A stretch of DNA of 64,000 nt, taken from positions 12,276,001 through 12,340,000 of the forward strand of contig NC_047082.1 in assembly GCF_902459465.1 (NCBI RefSeq). The letters run 5' to 3'. Shown here piece by piece: positions 52,061 through 64,000 of the stretch. The position numbers and the translations under genes were made by a program. The notes beneath the pieces are model-generated. The model ran no database searches, was not told where the DNA came from, and was given only the letters and a program-made list of their open reading frames with translations. The stretch is from Asterias rubens. Its lineage: Eukaryota. Each line of letters starts with the position of its first letter. Position 1 is the first letter of the stretch.

Positions 52061-52306
52061 TTCAGCAGCAGCAGCAGCAGCAGCATTTGCGGTTGATGTT
52101 GCTGTTGATGTTGCTGTTGATTTGATGTTGCCGCTGCCGTTGCCGCTGCCGCTGCCGCTGCCGCTGCCGCTGCCGCTGCCGCTGCCGCTGCCGCTGCCGC
52201 TGCCGTTGCCGCTGCCGCTGCCGCTGCCGTTGCCGCTGCCGCTGCCGCTGCCGCTGCCGCTGCCGCTGTCGCTGTCGCTGTCGCTGTCGTTGTCGTCGTC
52301 GTTGTC

Positions 52307-52367
<61 letters not shown>

Positions 52368-52377
52368 TTGTTGTTGA
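52061..52377. repeat. Compound tri/hexanucleotide microsatellite (GCA)n-(GCCGCT)n-(GTCGCT)n-(GTCGTT)n-(GTT)n
   Basis: Read directly from the sequence; it explains the poly-LP and poly-QR pseudo-ORFs. Confidence 0.97.
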
Positions 52378-52737
52378 CGAAACGTCGAAACTGAAGAAGC
52401 AGAGTATACTAATCGAAACGTCGAGACCACACCGGCTCTTTTCAGAGCCAACACTCCTTCAAGAAAGATCTTGTAGTTGGTGTACCCGCAAGTTTACTAT
52501 TTAGTTTTTTTAATCTTCTTTAATATCGATTCAAGCTTTTGAGACCAATAATAATAATAATAATATCGAAGTCTTATATAGCGCCTGTATCTACCAAACA
52601 AGGTACTCAAGGCGCTGAGTATATACAAACTTTCAGAAAGATAGGTTATTGCAGTGATGAATTTGGAGACCCAATTAGTTAGCACCTTTTAAGGGTTTAC
52701 AAGGTGCTACGGGAAGCAGCCACAGCCAGGAACACCG

Positions 52738-53717
52738 TAGTCTAGGTTCCTAGACCATTGGTGTTGCGTGGTCACACACAACGAACGTTCCGATTATGCA
52801 CGGCAAAAACTGTACACGCTTGTAATGAACGAACGCTAGCGGGCGCTCTGTTTCTCTGATTTCCGGTGCTCACCATGTCCTGTGCTCACCGGTGAGCACC
52901 GGAAATCAGAGAAACAGAGCGCCCGCTAGCGTTCGTTCATTACAAGCGTGTACAGTTTTTGCCGTGCATAATCGGAACGTTCGTTGTGTGTGACCTTGCC
53001 TTGATCAAGGCTGTGTAGACAATTACTCTAGCTGAAACCATAGAGCAAGGATAAACCTACGCCGCCCGAATGCGATATAATACAACCATGGAGCAATCAC
53101 AACCAGTCCCCCGACTGACTCTAAAAAGAATAGCACACCGCACTCTCTCACGCACCACCACACAGCGCCTGTACATTGTACATGTACGCAGCCCCCCACA
53201 CACACCGCTATTCCACCCACCGCTATCGCCCACAATCCTAGCCCGTGAGCCGTCAGGCTCACAGCCTTGACGATCTTGTAAACCGAGTGGCTTATGTGTT
53301 TCATTGTTTTTCTTCGCAAATCAGTGGAAAATGGGGGGGGGGGGGTGAGTGGATATGCAAAGATTTATTTCATGAATAATACATCATTCCTAATAGCCAA
53401 TCACACACCATTATTGTCGGTCTAGAGGAAATGGATATGAATCATTGAGCCACAGCCAGGAACACCGTAGTCTAGGTTCCTAGACCATTGGTGTTGCGTG
53501 GTCACACACAACGAACGTTCCGATTATGCACGGCAAAAACTGTACACGCTTGTAATGAACGAACGCTGGCGGGCGCTCTGTTTCTCTAATTTCCGGATCT
53601 CCCCATGTCCTGTGCTCACCAAGTGAGCACCGGAAATCAGAGAAACAGAGCGCCCGCTAGCGTTCGTTCATTACAGTGTGTGACCACGCAACACCAATGG
53701 TCTAGGAACCTAGACTA
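52738..53717. mobile_element. Composite of fold-back TAG..CTA elements (two copies of element A flanking half of the 4698-5569 element)
   Basis: A termini TAGTCTAGGTTCCTAGACC (52738) and GGTCTAGGAACCTAGACTA (53717). Perfect 105-bp inverted arms at 52770-52874 and 52891-52995. 52718-52890 is duplicated at 53448-53620. Confidence 0.75.
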
Positions 53718-56700
53718 TCCAATCAGAAGCAGACAAACCTGCTGAGCAGTATTCATGAAATTGACCCCTGGATGTGTAGGTGACATACTACGTCACAGAG
53801 CAGACCAATCAGAACACAGAAAGTAAAAGCCCATGAAATGCAAGCTATTATCCATCTATTGAAATCATTCATAAATACAGCATGCATTTCTTCGGGCCCA
53901 GCTTTTGTTTGTTATCATGTGGAGTTTTCTACCCCTCGACTGTGAGCCTTTGTTTTGATGAATTACCCAGTTGTAAAAGTATTACGTAAGTTCTTTTTCT
54001 TTCAGTGGAAATTTCCGTTCAGATTTCTTTCACTTTTGTTAAAACTCTGGCAGCGTGGTTGGCCAGTTGACTCAACGCTAAGCTACGGTAAAGGTGGTTG
54101 TGGCAGGATGCGGAAGGTAACTTTTTAAAGTAAGGTAGATGACTGAAGTTAGTTAGATATTATTTTATATTTATGGGAGTATTTTGCCTTGTTTTCCTGT
54201 GCACCATGTGCTATGCTGTGCTACGTTAGTAAATGCTGTGTTCGCCGTCTACATGTAAATGCTTCTTCTCGTATCGTAGGACGTCCTGTTTTCAAGGTGT
54301 CCCTATAACCGCGGCAAATCTGTTACCTCTCGTGCTTGATGTAAAAACAGTCTCTAAATAAAATGTTTGTGGTTTGACCATGGTTTGACTTGCCAAGCAA
54401 AGAGTCTCCTATCCCTTGACCAAAACTTAGAACCATGTAAGGCTCCACTGGTTAGTTGCACTTGCAAATGCAAGAAGTTTTAGTAATTTAGGCGTTTCTA
54501 CAATTGTTTACAAGGTACAAAAATTGGTCACAATGTTGGACCATGTACCAAAAAATTGCCCTCCGGAAAAGTTTTCTCAAACACTTTTTAACTTACATTA
54601 TTTTCATGATGATCAGATCTTGTGACTGAATATTCTGCTGAGCATTCTGTGAAATAAATACAGAGACTTAAATAAGCCATGTGCCTATATCATTTTCTTT
54701 GGAGAATTTTGTATTACCCTCATTAATATTAAAAATTAAAACATTTGCTTGGTGATTCAATTATCACAATTTATTAATATGTTTTACTATAAATATTAAG
54801 GAGACAAAATAACACAAAAAATAAATACAAGTCAGATTTGAAAGCCAATAATTGTTCACACTTTTTATTAATTGTTTTTGTTTTAATTTTTTTCTAATTA
54901 TCATGGTCATTTTTAGAATGTCATACAAAATATTTTGAATAAAATGAAGAAACTTGCTGGCTATAGAGTCACACAAAGTCTCGTAGAACACTTGTTGTCA
55001 CTGCAAATTTGTCTTCCACGTATTGCTTCACCAGGACACTATACTTTCTCGTTTGCCTCAAACTAAACAAAATGGGACGCCTGTTGAAGTCATCGAAGAT
55101 TGGTGTGTTGTGTGAAAATTTCAATATCCACCAAGTTTTAATATGTGTTAGCATACTTCTTATAAACAAATGAAGGTAATTAGCACATCATAATTTATTT
55201 CCAATTCAAAGAAAAAGCCACAATACCCTGAAAACAGGACCTTGGAGGGTATGACTACAATTAGATTCTGCTACCTAGCTATATTATCAACGGTCGCCTC
55301 GAACCTCTAAATCTATAATGGAAACATTTTGCCCACCTTGTTGAGCTGTAAATGGCTCTCTTTTAACATGGGGCTCATCACAGTCGCCATTACAGTGATG
55401 AGACTGATGTTAAAAGAGTGCCATTTACAGCTCTACAAGGTGGGCTAGGAAGCGTGTTGCCCTTCACACTCCTGGAATTCTTATTTAAAACTGCATCTGG
55501 CAATTAGTCTATTTGCAACCATGTCTCTATGTTTGTTCTCACAGTGAGCTCAGTCGCGCTGGTCCAGAAAATTATCCCTGCAAAAAAGAAATTGCAAACA
55601 AATGATCACCCAATTTTCACCCTCGTTAGTTAACATAGATGCCTCCCCCCCTCGTTGAATTTTTTCAGGTTTAAGACTAAGTTTCTTATAGTGTCTGCCT
55701 CATCTCTGTTTTTTCCTTCAATTTAACATCTATTTATTTGAAGTTTACTAGGTCTATTGTAGCCTGCCTGATAATAGTCCAAACATTGATACACAAATTT
55801 CATCCACTTTACTTTTTGAGCATAACATTGGATTATAAAATTGTGTCTCTTTTCTATAGTAAATACAATAAGATTTTTTAAGGCAGTGGACGCTATTGGT
55901 AATTGTCAAAGACTAGCCTTCACAGGTGGTGCATCTCAACAGATGCATAAAATAACAAACTTGTGAAAATTTGAGCTCAGGCGGTCATCGAACTTGCGAG
56001 ATAATAATGAAAGAAAAAAACACACCGTTGTCACACGAAGTTATGTGCGTTTTATGGTTGATTTCGAGACCTCAAGTTCTAAATCTTAGGTCTCGAAATC
56101 AAATTCCTGGAAAATTACTTCTTTCTTAAAAACTATGGCACTTCCATTACCTCTCCCCGTTACTCGTCACCAAGAAGGGTTTTATGGTAATTACCAATTT
56201 TGAGTAATTACCAATAGTGTCCACTGCCTTTAACGTCCCATCCGAAGGACTAAGCAATGGTTAAGTGTCTGCTTAAGGGAAACCGATCTTTGTCAAACTT
56301 CTTTGAAACCCAATCTTTTTAAGACTGGTTAATAAAATAAAGTTAAACAGTTAGTGGTCACTCTTAAAAATAATGTTAATGAGACAAGTTTCGTTAGAAG
56401 CCTACACAAGTTTTTTTTAATAGTATATGGATGGTTATGGATTCTGGATTCAAGCGCTTAGTTTGTGATCCAAAAAGGCTAGGGTTTCACTTTGAACTTA
56501 CCCATGTACTTAGACCTCAGTGTGGCAATACAAGTTTTGGAATAAGACGACGTCATAACTTTAAATCAATGTTTAATTATTTACAAAGTAATATATCTGG
56601 AGAACCGTAGTTGCTACATGCAAGATCTTTGCACCCTGTGAAAGACCCTAGCTTGTGATCTTTACTTCTGTTTAAAAATTAAAGCATTTGGATACTTTTG

Positions 56701-58869
56701 GTAACACAAAAGACAATGTCCGCAGATTTACATTTAACTTACACCAAAGATAATGATTGTGTAAAGCTTTCCTAAAAATAGGAATGAGGTGCTGTAATTC
56801 TTGAGAATTTCGCTCTACATGCTTATGTAGTTTTTGTGAATGATAAAGGCAGGAAAACAAGAAATGTAAATGCACCAAAAATACAATTACATGTCAAACG
56901 CATTATAAGCAAGTTTACATGTAAATGGTATTCCAATACATTCAGTCTCGTTCAAGTACTTTATTTAGCACCTTGCCCCTCGTTCCAAAACTACTCTCTA
57001 ACCACTGGAGCTACCATCTTTTAATCTGATGTTGTCAAACATGTTTCACAACTTATAGAATGTTATATTTGTTTCCCAACATGCAGTGACTGAGATTGAG
57101 AACCTGGGATGGAGTCCTTCTCATCTACATGCTCTCATGACAGACCCTGCAACCACTGTAATCCCGTGGTATTACGGCACAGAGGGATTACGTCCTAAAG
57201 GTATATTTTTATCACCATTTATTCACTCTAACATCAAACCTGCACCAAACTGCATGATTAACAAGCTCACTCCCATTACACCATCACTTTACAATCTACT
57301 AAGCTCATTTCCATGCTTGCATGTTACATCTTAACAATCAGGGGTTCGTTCAACGACAGCGAGAACGTACCCCATCTATAACTCCACACCATCCGTTATC
57401 AGTCACTTGTCATGTAACAACCACTCACACCATTTATATGCACCTGAAATATTCCCAAACTAAATGGAATAATTCTGTTTGGAGGTGCATTTTCTGAATG
57501 TATGTATTTTTTGTTCTTTATTTACTGCAATGGTGAAATGCGGAACCAACTGCCATTGGAATACGCAATATGGAGTCCAATGGAAACTGCACCAGTGATT
57601 CCAGGGCCATGAAGACTTCATTGGAGCTGTGGTGAGCGGAGGTTGCTGTGAGGAAAACAACACTTACACATTTTAAAGTTCAGGAATAGAACCTGAAGGT
57701 AAGTTTATGTTCAGGATGTTTATAGTTTGGAAGTTCATGCAGGACCAAAATTGTAAACAAAAAATCCTGAAATGATGATATTTTGTTAATTTTTGTTATA
57801 GCCAATGAACACTTTCTGAACAGAACAACAAATTAAAGTTCACAGATTTATAAATAACTCACAGGGTTTACAAAAGGTAATGGTTAAAGACTTCCCTGTG
57901 AAATATTATTCCCTGAAATGCTTTACTTTCTGAGAAGACATTAATACAATTCTCAATTCTCAATATCGAGAACAACTGATTTATTATAAACACATTATTT
58001 TCCCGTTATTTTTTCCCGACTCTGATGACCGATTGAGCCTAAATTTTCACAGGTTTGTGTACAAGTTGTGATCCACGAAGTGTGGGTCTTTGGACAATAC
58101 TGTTTTATCGATGATGTGCTATTGCTTAAAAAAAAAACTCCTGCAAAGAAAAATGTCTAATTGAGTTTTGCGCTTCACTACTTTTCAAATTTATATGAAA
58201 ATTGTTGAGTTCTTTTTTTTTGTTTTTTGGGGGAGGGTCTCTGATTTCATATTATAATGGTGTAAAATGCCATTTTGTTTGAAGCCCTTCAACATCTTTT
58301 ATGTTTCATGTTCTTCAGCTGTGGTGAGCGGAGGTATGCTGTGAGGAAACGACGCTCATTTAAAAGTTCAGGAATACAACCTGAGGGTAAGTTTATTTTC
58401 ATGATGTTTATAGTTTGGAATTTCATTCAGGACCATAATTTGTAAAGAATTTTCCTGAAATGATGATAATTTGTTAATTTATGTTAAAGAGGGGCTCCTG
58501 CAAAGGTCAAATTGAGCTGGGGGATTCACTATTTTTTAATAAAATTGTTTATCTGGGGGAAGGGTCTCTGACTTCATATTGTAATGGTGTAAAATGCCAT
58601 TATGTCTGATGCCCAGCAATTTTTTTATAGAAATAAAACAATAGTGGATATCATCATATTTTGAAATACATGGTCGATAAATTGTTGTACACAAATTGTT
58701 CATTTCATTTTGAAACTCTGATCATTCAATCCAAATGGCATTACATCTGAGTTAATTTGACTGACACAGAAATTCCTCTTGGGAATGTACAGACACATTT
58801 TTTTTTATGTCTGATGATGTCATGTTACATTAACTCAATGATTGAGCAAATTTTGTGGTTTGAATGCAG

Positions 58870-61760
58870 TTATTGAATGATTCTCCATATACAGGTGATG
58901 TCACAAGGATAATGGCTACCAAGGATCATGGAAGGAGGACGAGGATGTCTTATGGTCTGAGGATGCAAGTTTCTAGGTAAGATGACTTAAGAAAGTAAAA
59001 TACAGTATAAGATATTACTGTCTGAATGTATCTATTTTTTGTATTTTATTTACTGCAAGGGTGAAATGCGAAACCAACTGCCTGTGAAGTACGGAGTCCA
59101 GTGAAAACTGCACATCAATTGTGTCTGCGTTCGTGCTGGTGACGTCCATCCGCCGATAATCAAGAAGACAACCGCTGGTTCCTGGCTTCATAGAGGAGTG
59201 TTCCTGTCTCCCTGGTCGATGAGAGAATGCATTGCAGTCTGATGGATCAACAACAGATGTAATAATGGCAACTATATTTGTTTTGACATGAAACTAAAAC
59301 AGATTTTACACATGTAATAACATAACTTTAAAGGATTGCGCAGAGAGTTTGTTGCATCAATCTTTTTACAACAATCGATATCTTTGAGATGACATAAATA
59401 ATTCAAACTTGTTGCTGAAAAGCAGCGACTGAACTCAACTTTTGAACTAACTTTGTGATGAAGTTGTTGAATGATTCTCCATATACAGGTGATGTCACAA
59501 GGATAATGGCTACCAAGGATCATGGAAGGAGGACGAGGATGTCTTATGGTCTGAGGATGCAAGTTTCCAGGTAAGACGACTTAAGAAAGTAAAATACAGT
59601 ATAAGTTATTACTGTCCATAAGTATTAATTAGTTCCTTCAGTTGTTAGCTTTGTTAGGGTTCCTGCGCCAGGAGTGTCACAGACATGGCGCATTACAAGT
59701 TTCCTTTATTATTATTATTAAGTCGTAAAAAAAGTGCTTTTGAAAACTTAATGTGGCTTATTTTGAATGCCCAAACAAAACTAGCTCAATAAAACCATGC
59801 AGTTTAACCCTTAACAGAACCTAAACATTCTTTTCTTTCCTCTGATGTGTTCATAAGTGTTCATCAAAGTTTAACGAAAATATTACAATTTATTTTACGA
59901 TTTGCTAAATGCAGACAAACAAGTTGATGAGAAATATTTGACTCTAAAAATTCAAAGAAATAAACCCTAACGAATAATATGATTGAAAAACTCAAACCCA
60001 CATTTATGTTGACCTAAATTATTCCCAAACTAAATGGAATAATTCTATTTGGAAGTGCATTTTCTGAATGTATCTATTTTTTGTCTTTTATTTACTGCAA
60101 TGGTGAAATGCGAATCCAACTGCCTGTGAAGTACGGAGTCCAATGAAAACTGCACATCAATGCCGTCTGCGTTCGCGCTGGTGACGTCCATCCGCAGATG
60201 ACCAAGAAGACAACCGCTGGTTGCCTGGCATCATAGAGGAGTGTTCCTCTCCCTGGTGGATGAGAGAATGCATTGCAGTATGATGGACCAACAACAGATG
60301 TAATAATGACAACTATATTTGTTTTGACAGGAAACTAAAACAGATTTTACACATGTAATAACATAACTTTAAAGGGAGTGGACACTATTGGTAATTGTCA
60401 AAGACTAGCCTTCACAGTTGGTGTATCTCAACATACGCATAAAATAAGAAACCTGTGAAAATTTGAGCTCAATCAGTCATCAAAGTTGCGAGATAGTAAT
60501 GAAAGAAGAAAACACCCTTGTCACACGAAGTTGTGTGCGTTTAGATGGTTGATTTTGAGACCTCAAGTTCCAAACTTGAGGTCTCGAAATCAAACTCGTA
60601 GAAAATTACTTCTTTCTCCAAAACTATGGCACTTTAGAGGGAGCTGTTTCTAACAATGTTTTATACCACCAACCTCTCCCCATTACTTGTCACCAAGAAA
60701 GGTTTTATGTTAATAATTATTTTGAGTAATTACCAATAGTGTCCACTGCCTTTAAAGGATTGCGCAGAAAGTTTGTTGCGTCAATCTTTTTACAACAATC
60801 GATGTCTTTGAGATGACATAAGTAGTTCAAACTTGTTGTTGAAAAGCAGCGACTGAACTCAATTTTTGAACTAACTTAATGATGCAGTTGTTGAATGATT
60901 CTCCATATACAGGTGATGTCACAAGGATAATGGCTACCAAGGATCATGGAAGGAGGACGAGGGTGTCTTATGGTCTGAGGATGCAAGTTTTCAAGTAAGA
61001 CGACTTAAGAAAGTAAAATACAGTATAAGTTATTACTGTCCATAAGTATTAAGTCGTAAAAAAGTGCTTTTGAAAACTTAATGTGGCTTATTTTGAATGC
61101 CCAAACAAAACTAGCTCAATAAAACCATGCAGCTTAACCCTTAACAAAACCTAAACCATCCTTTCTTTCCTCTGATGTGTTCATAAGTGTTCATCAAAGT
61201 TTAACGAAAAATTTACAGTTTATTTTACGATTTGCTAAATGCAGACAAACGAGTTGATGAGAAATATTTGACTCTAAAAATTCAAAGAAATAAACCCTAA
61301 CGAATAATATGATAGAAAAACTCAAATCCACATTTATGTTGACCTAAATTATTCCCAAACTAAATGGAATAATTCTATTTGGAAGTGCATTTTCTGAATG
61401 TATCTATTTTTTGTCTTTTATTTACTGCAATTGTGAAATGCGAAACCAACTGCCTGTGTCGTACGGAGTCCAATGAAAACTGCACATCAATGGCGTCTGC
61501 GTTCGTACTGGTGACGTCCATCCGCCGATGACCAAGAAGACAAACGCTGGTTGCCTGGCTTCATAGAGGAGTGTTCCTGTCTCCCTGGTGGATGAGAGAA
61601 TGCATTGCAGTCTGATGGATCAACAACAGATGTAATAATGGTAACCATACTTGTTTTCACAAGAAACTAAAACAGATTTTACACATGGAATAACATAACT
61701 TTAAAGAATATTGTGCAGAGAGTTTGTTGCATCAATCTTTTTAACAGTCTGCGTCTTTGA
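58870..61760. repeat. Tandem array of a ~1-kb unit (about 3 copies, with diverged precursor pieces from ~57450)
   Basis: Block TTTACTGCAA.GTGAAATGCG...CATAACTTTAAA at ~59050, 60090 and 61410. Block GATTCTCCATATACAGGTGATGTC...GTAAGA at ~58880, 59475 and 60895. Confidence 0.9.
60373..60751. mobile_element. Kolobok-like MITE family 1 inserted in one tandem unit
   Basis: Filled site ACTTTAAA-GGGAGTGGACAC...GTCCACTGCC-TTTAAAGGATTGCGC versus empty site ACTTTAAAGGATTGCGC at ~59325. Confidence 0.92.
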
Positions 61761-62859
61761 GATGACAGAAACTTCAAATTTTCATGAAAAGTAGTGTTTG
61801 AACTTAATTTTTGAGCTAATTTTGTGATTTGATTTTGAAGCAGTAGTTCCGTAATGATCATCAGATGATTACATTATATTAGTCTCTATATGGTTTGTAC
61901 TGATGTGATAACAACTTTCTTTCAGATGGCGCTCCCCTAGAGGTCATCCGCTAGAAGGCGTCTATACAAGAATGCTACCAATGGCCATTGATGTAACATT
62001 TTTAGATCGGCTGAAGGACACAGCACACAACCAGAAACAACTGAGCTTAAGATGCTGATGCTGGACGGGGCGTTGAAGGCGGCCATCAGAGGTTCCCAAG
62101 ATGGCGTCAGCTAAAGACAACCTGTCGCTCAACTACTACTTACATACAGGTTATTGTGATGACTACTTTTCTCCCATCCTGTCAACATGGACCATGAAGA
62201 TGTGACATCACAACACAAAGATAGATACGTCATGGCTTGAGGAGATATACATCAAGTATTTCTACAACTACTTACCAGGATCCTTGAAGGTAAGATCTCT
62301 TTTAGCTAATAAATCTGAGAAATCCATTAACGTGCGGAAAAGAAACTTTGCTTAAACACAAAAATTGAACTTACAAATCTTTTTGTTTCAATTTTGTATT
62401 ATATCATATAACAGGATGAACAGAGTGGAACAACTAAGAGTTGATTACGTCAAGATGCTGAGCCACATTGTGCAGCACCAATAAAACTGTTGCTTCAACA
62501 CAGTCTTTGTAAAGGAGGACTGTTTCTTCATGATGACTGCCCTCATCTAAGGTTGTATCCAAATTGGTGGTACCAGCTTCGACTGTTACTAAGGATGTAC
62601 TTCGACCATTGAGTAGACGTTCCAAGAGCATGAACAACATTGAACAAACCTTCCAATGGATCTTGATATTACAGCATGATCATCCGGATTCATCTGCAGA
62701 TTGAACTCAGTTACACAACAAAGTTTTCTTATTGTGGAACAATGACTTGAATATTAGTATTGTTTGAAGCTTTGCATGGTGAAGAGAAATAGGAAGAAAC
62801 TATAAATATGTATATTTAACTTGTGGGTACACTCTTTTGTGTGAGTGTTGGCTGTGAAA

Positions 62860-63250
62860 AGACCCTTTATTTGTGTGAGTGTTTGATCAAGGCTGATTTG
62901 TCATGGTGTCCCAGACTGCCGTGTGCTTGATGTTTCTTGATTCTCATGGATATGAATGCAGCAGGTCTCCTCTATGTGTCATCGCATTCGGAGGGAATGC
63001 TGGTCTTCTGTGTGAAGTGATGTTTGAATCTTGTTTGTTTCTGGGTTGAGCTTGGCTGACGATTTGTTGGAGCTTGTGAGATGCATGGCCGATGTATGGA
63101 AGGGTGATGGTAGCCTTGAACTGCGGACTTTTGTCTACTTGTGTGATGAGGAATGGCTTGGGCTGGCTGCAGGAATTGAAGGTCTTTTATTTAGTCGTTG
63201 AGTTGTAGTGATGTCTTGATGTGATGAAGTTCCTGCTTCAAGCTGCCTTG
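62860..63250 (-). mobile_element. Degenerate Penelope-like retroelement fragment (RT C-terminus to GIY-YIG region)
   Basis: Minus-strand pieces LKQELHHIKTSLQLND*, KATITLPYIGHASHKLQQI and ISMRIKKHQAHGSLGHHDKSALIKHSH, resembling PLE linker and GIY-YIG motifs (LPY...S..L; RI.EH....SAL..H). Interrupted by stops and deletions. Confidence 0.6.
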
Positions 63251-63264
63251 TTCAACTTATTTTG

Positions 63265-63560
63265 TAGACAGAATACGTAATAACTTGTAATGAGATAATT
63301 CCTTACAAGTTAATGTATTCACATTTTTAATGTTGCATGTTTGTAATGAGGTATTTCATTACACTCATGCAAAACATTCTTGCAATGAAATACCTCATTG
63401 CAAGTATGTCAAAGTTTCAAGTGCGTAATGAAGTACTGCATTACAAGCATGAAACAAATTATGTAAATTTGTAATGCAATTGCTCATTACAATTATGAAA
63501 CAATAGGGTAAACTCATTACAAATATAAAGACAACAAGCTTGTCAAGAAGTGTATATGAG
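63265..63560. repeat. Palindromic repeat cluster built on TTGTAATGA/TCATTACAA motifs (probable MITE)
   Basis: About 10 direct and inverted copies of the 9-mer, with inverted arms TTGTAATGAGGTATTTCATT / AATGAAATACCTCATTGCAA. Confidence 0.5.
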
Positions 63561-64000
63561 TGGTTTAACATTACAAACTAATAAAATTTAGTTTTACTTT
63601 TACTGAATTTGAATATTGTATTAGATGAATGGTACCTTTTATTGTGTGTCACTCTGTCTTTCCGTTATTCATCCAAACAATATTATAAGTGTTCTGGGGG
63701 TACCCCCACATGGTGGCCACCATGGTTTTTTTTGTATTAGTTATTATTTAAGGACATGTAAATATTGTGACTCACATTGGGTTCAATAACTCTTATTGAG
63801 GTTTTAAATTACAATGGTCATGACATTGTACTGTGTTCCTTGAGGGTGTCTGTGTCCTCATTGTTATGCTAATTATTCACAATGTTCATTGTTACGAGCT
63901 AGGCAGCATGTTGAGTTTTTGCTCAATAGAGGGCGCTGTTCGCCGGGCACCGAGTACTAGTTGTTATATAATTCATTACAATGGTTATAACAAAGGTGAC

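Noticed and set aside
52056-52454. Poly-LP and poly-QR ORFs
   Set aside because: These are translations of a hexanucleotide microsatellite with no gene context.

Overview
This is AT-rich, intron-rich eukaryotic DNA from an invertebrate animal, most plausibly a deuterostome such as an echinoderm (inferred from gene content, Deu-type SINEs and the GPCR type). It is not prokaryotic, and I found no operon, CRISPR array, rRNA or bona fide tRNA. I assembled six complete genes by hand from splice sites and reading phase: an Aveugle/SAMD12-like SAM adaptor (+, 4 coding exons, 125 aa); a 2-exon V-C-C Ig-superfamily membrane protein (-, 444 aa); a 3-exon signal-peptide-bearing permuted-papain PPPDE/DeSI-like peptidase (+, 187 aa); a PGGHG/ATHL1 GH65 glucosidase (-, 10 exons, 727 aa, with signal peptide and a GC-AG last intron); a clan-2 cytochrome P450 (+, 4 exons, 505 aa); and an intronless class A GPCR (-). 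The terminal exon of an upstream gene is also present. The rest is dense with non-autonomous transposons: TTAA-flanked Kolobok-like MITEs, CWG-flanked Harbinger-like MITEs, TAG..CTA elements with 9-bp TSDs, tRNA-derived SINEs, a solo LTR with a 4-bp TSD and a Penelope fragment. There is also a 44-bp minisatellite grown from a MITE TIR and a ~1 kb tandem array. The best novelty candidates are the apparently secreted DeSI-like peptidase, palindromic elements carrying hammerhead-like cores, and a complex rearranged fold-back junction at 52-53.7 kb. No database searches were run; family assignments rest on recalled motifs.
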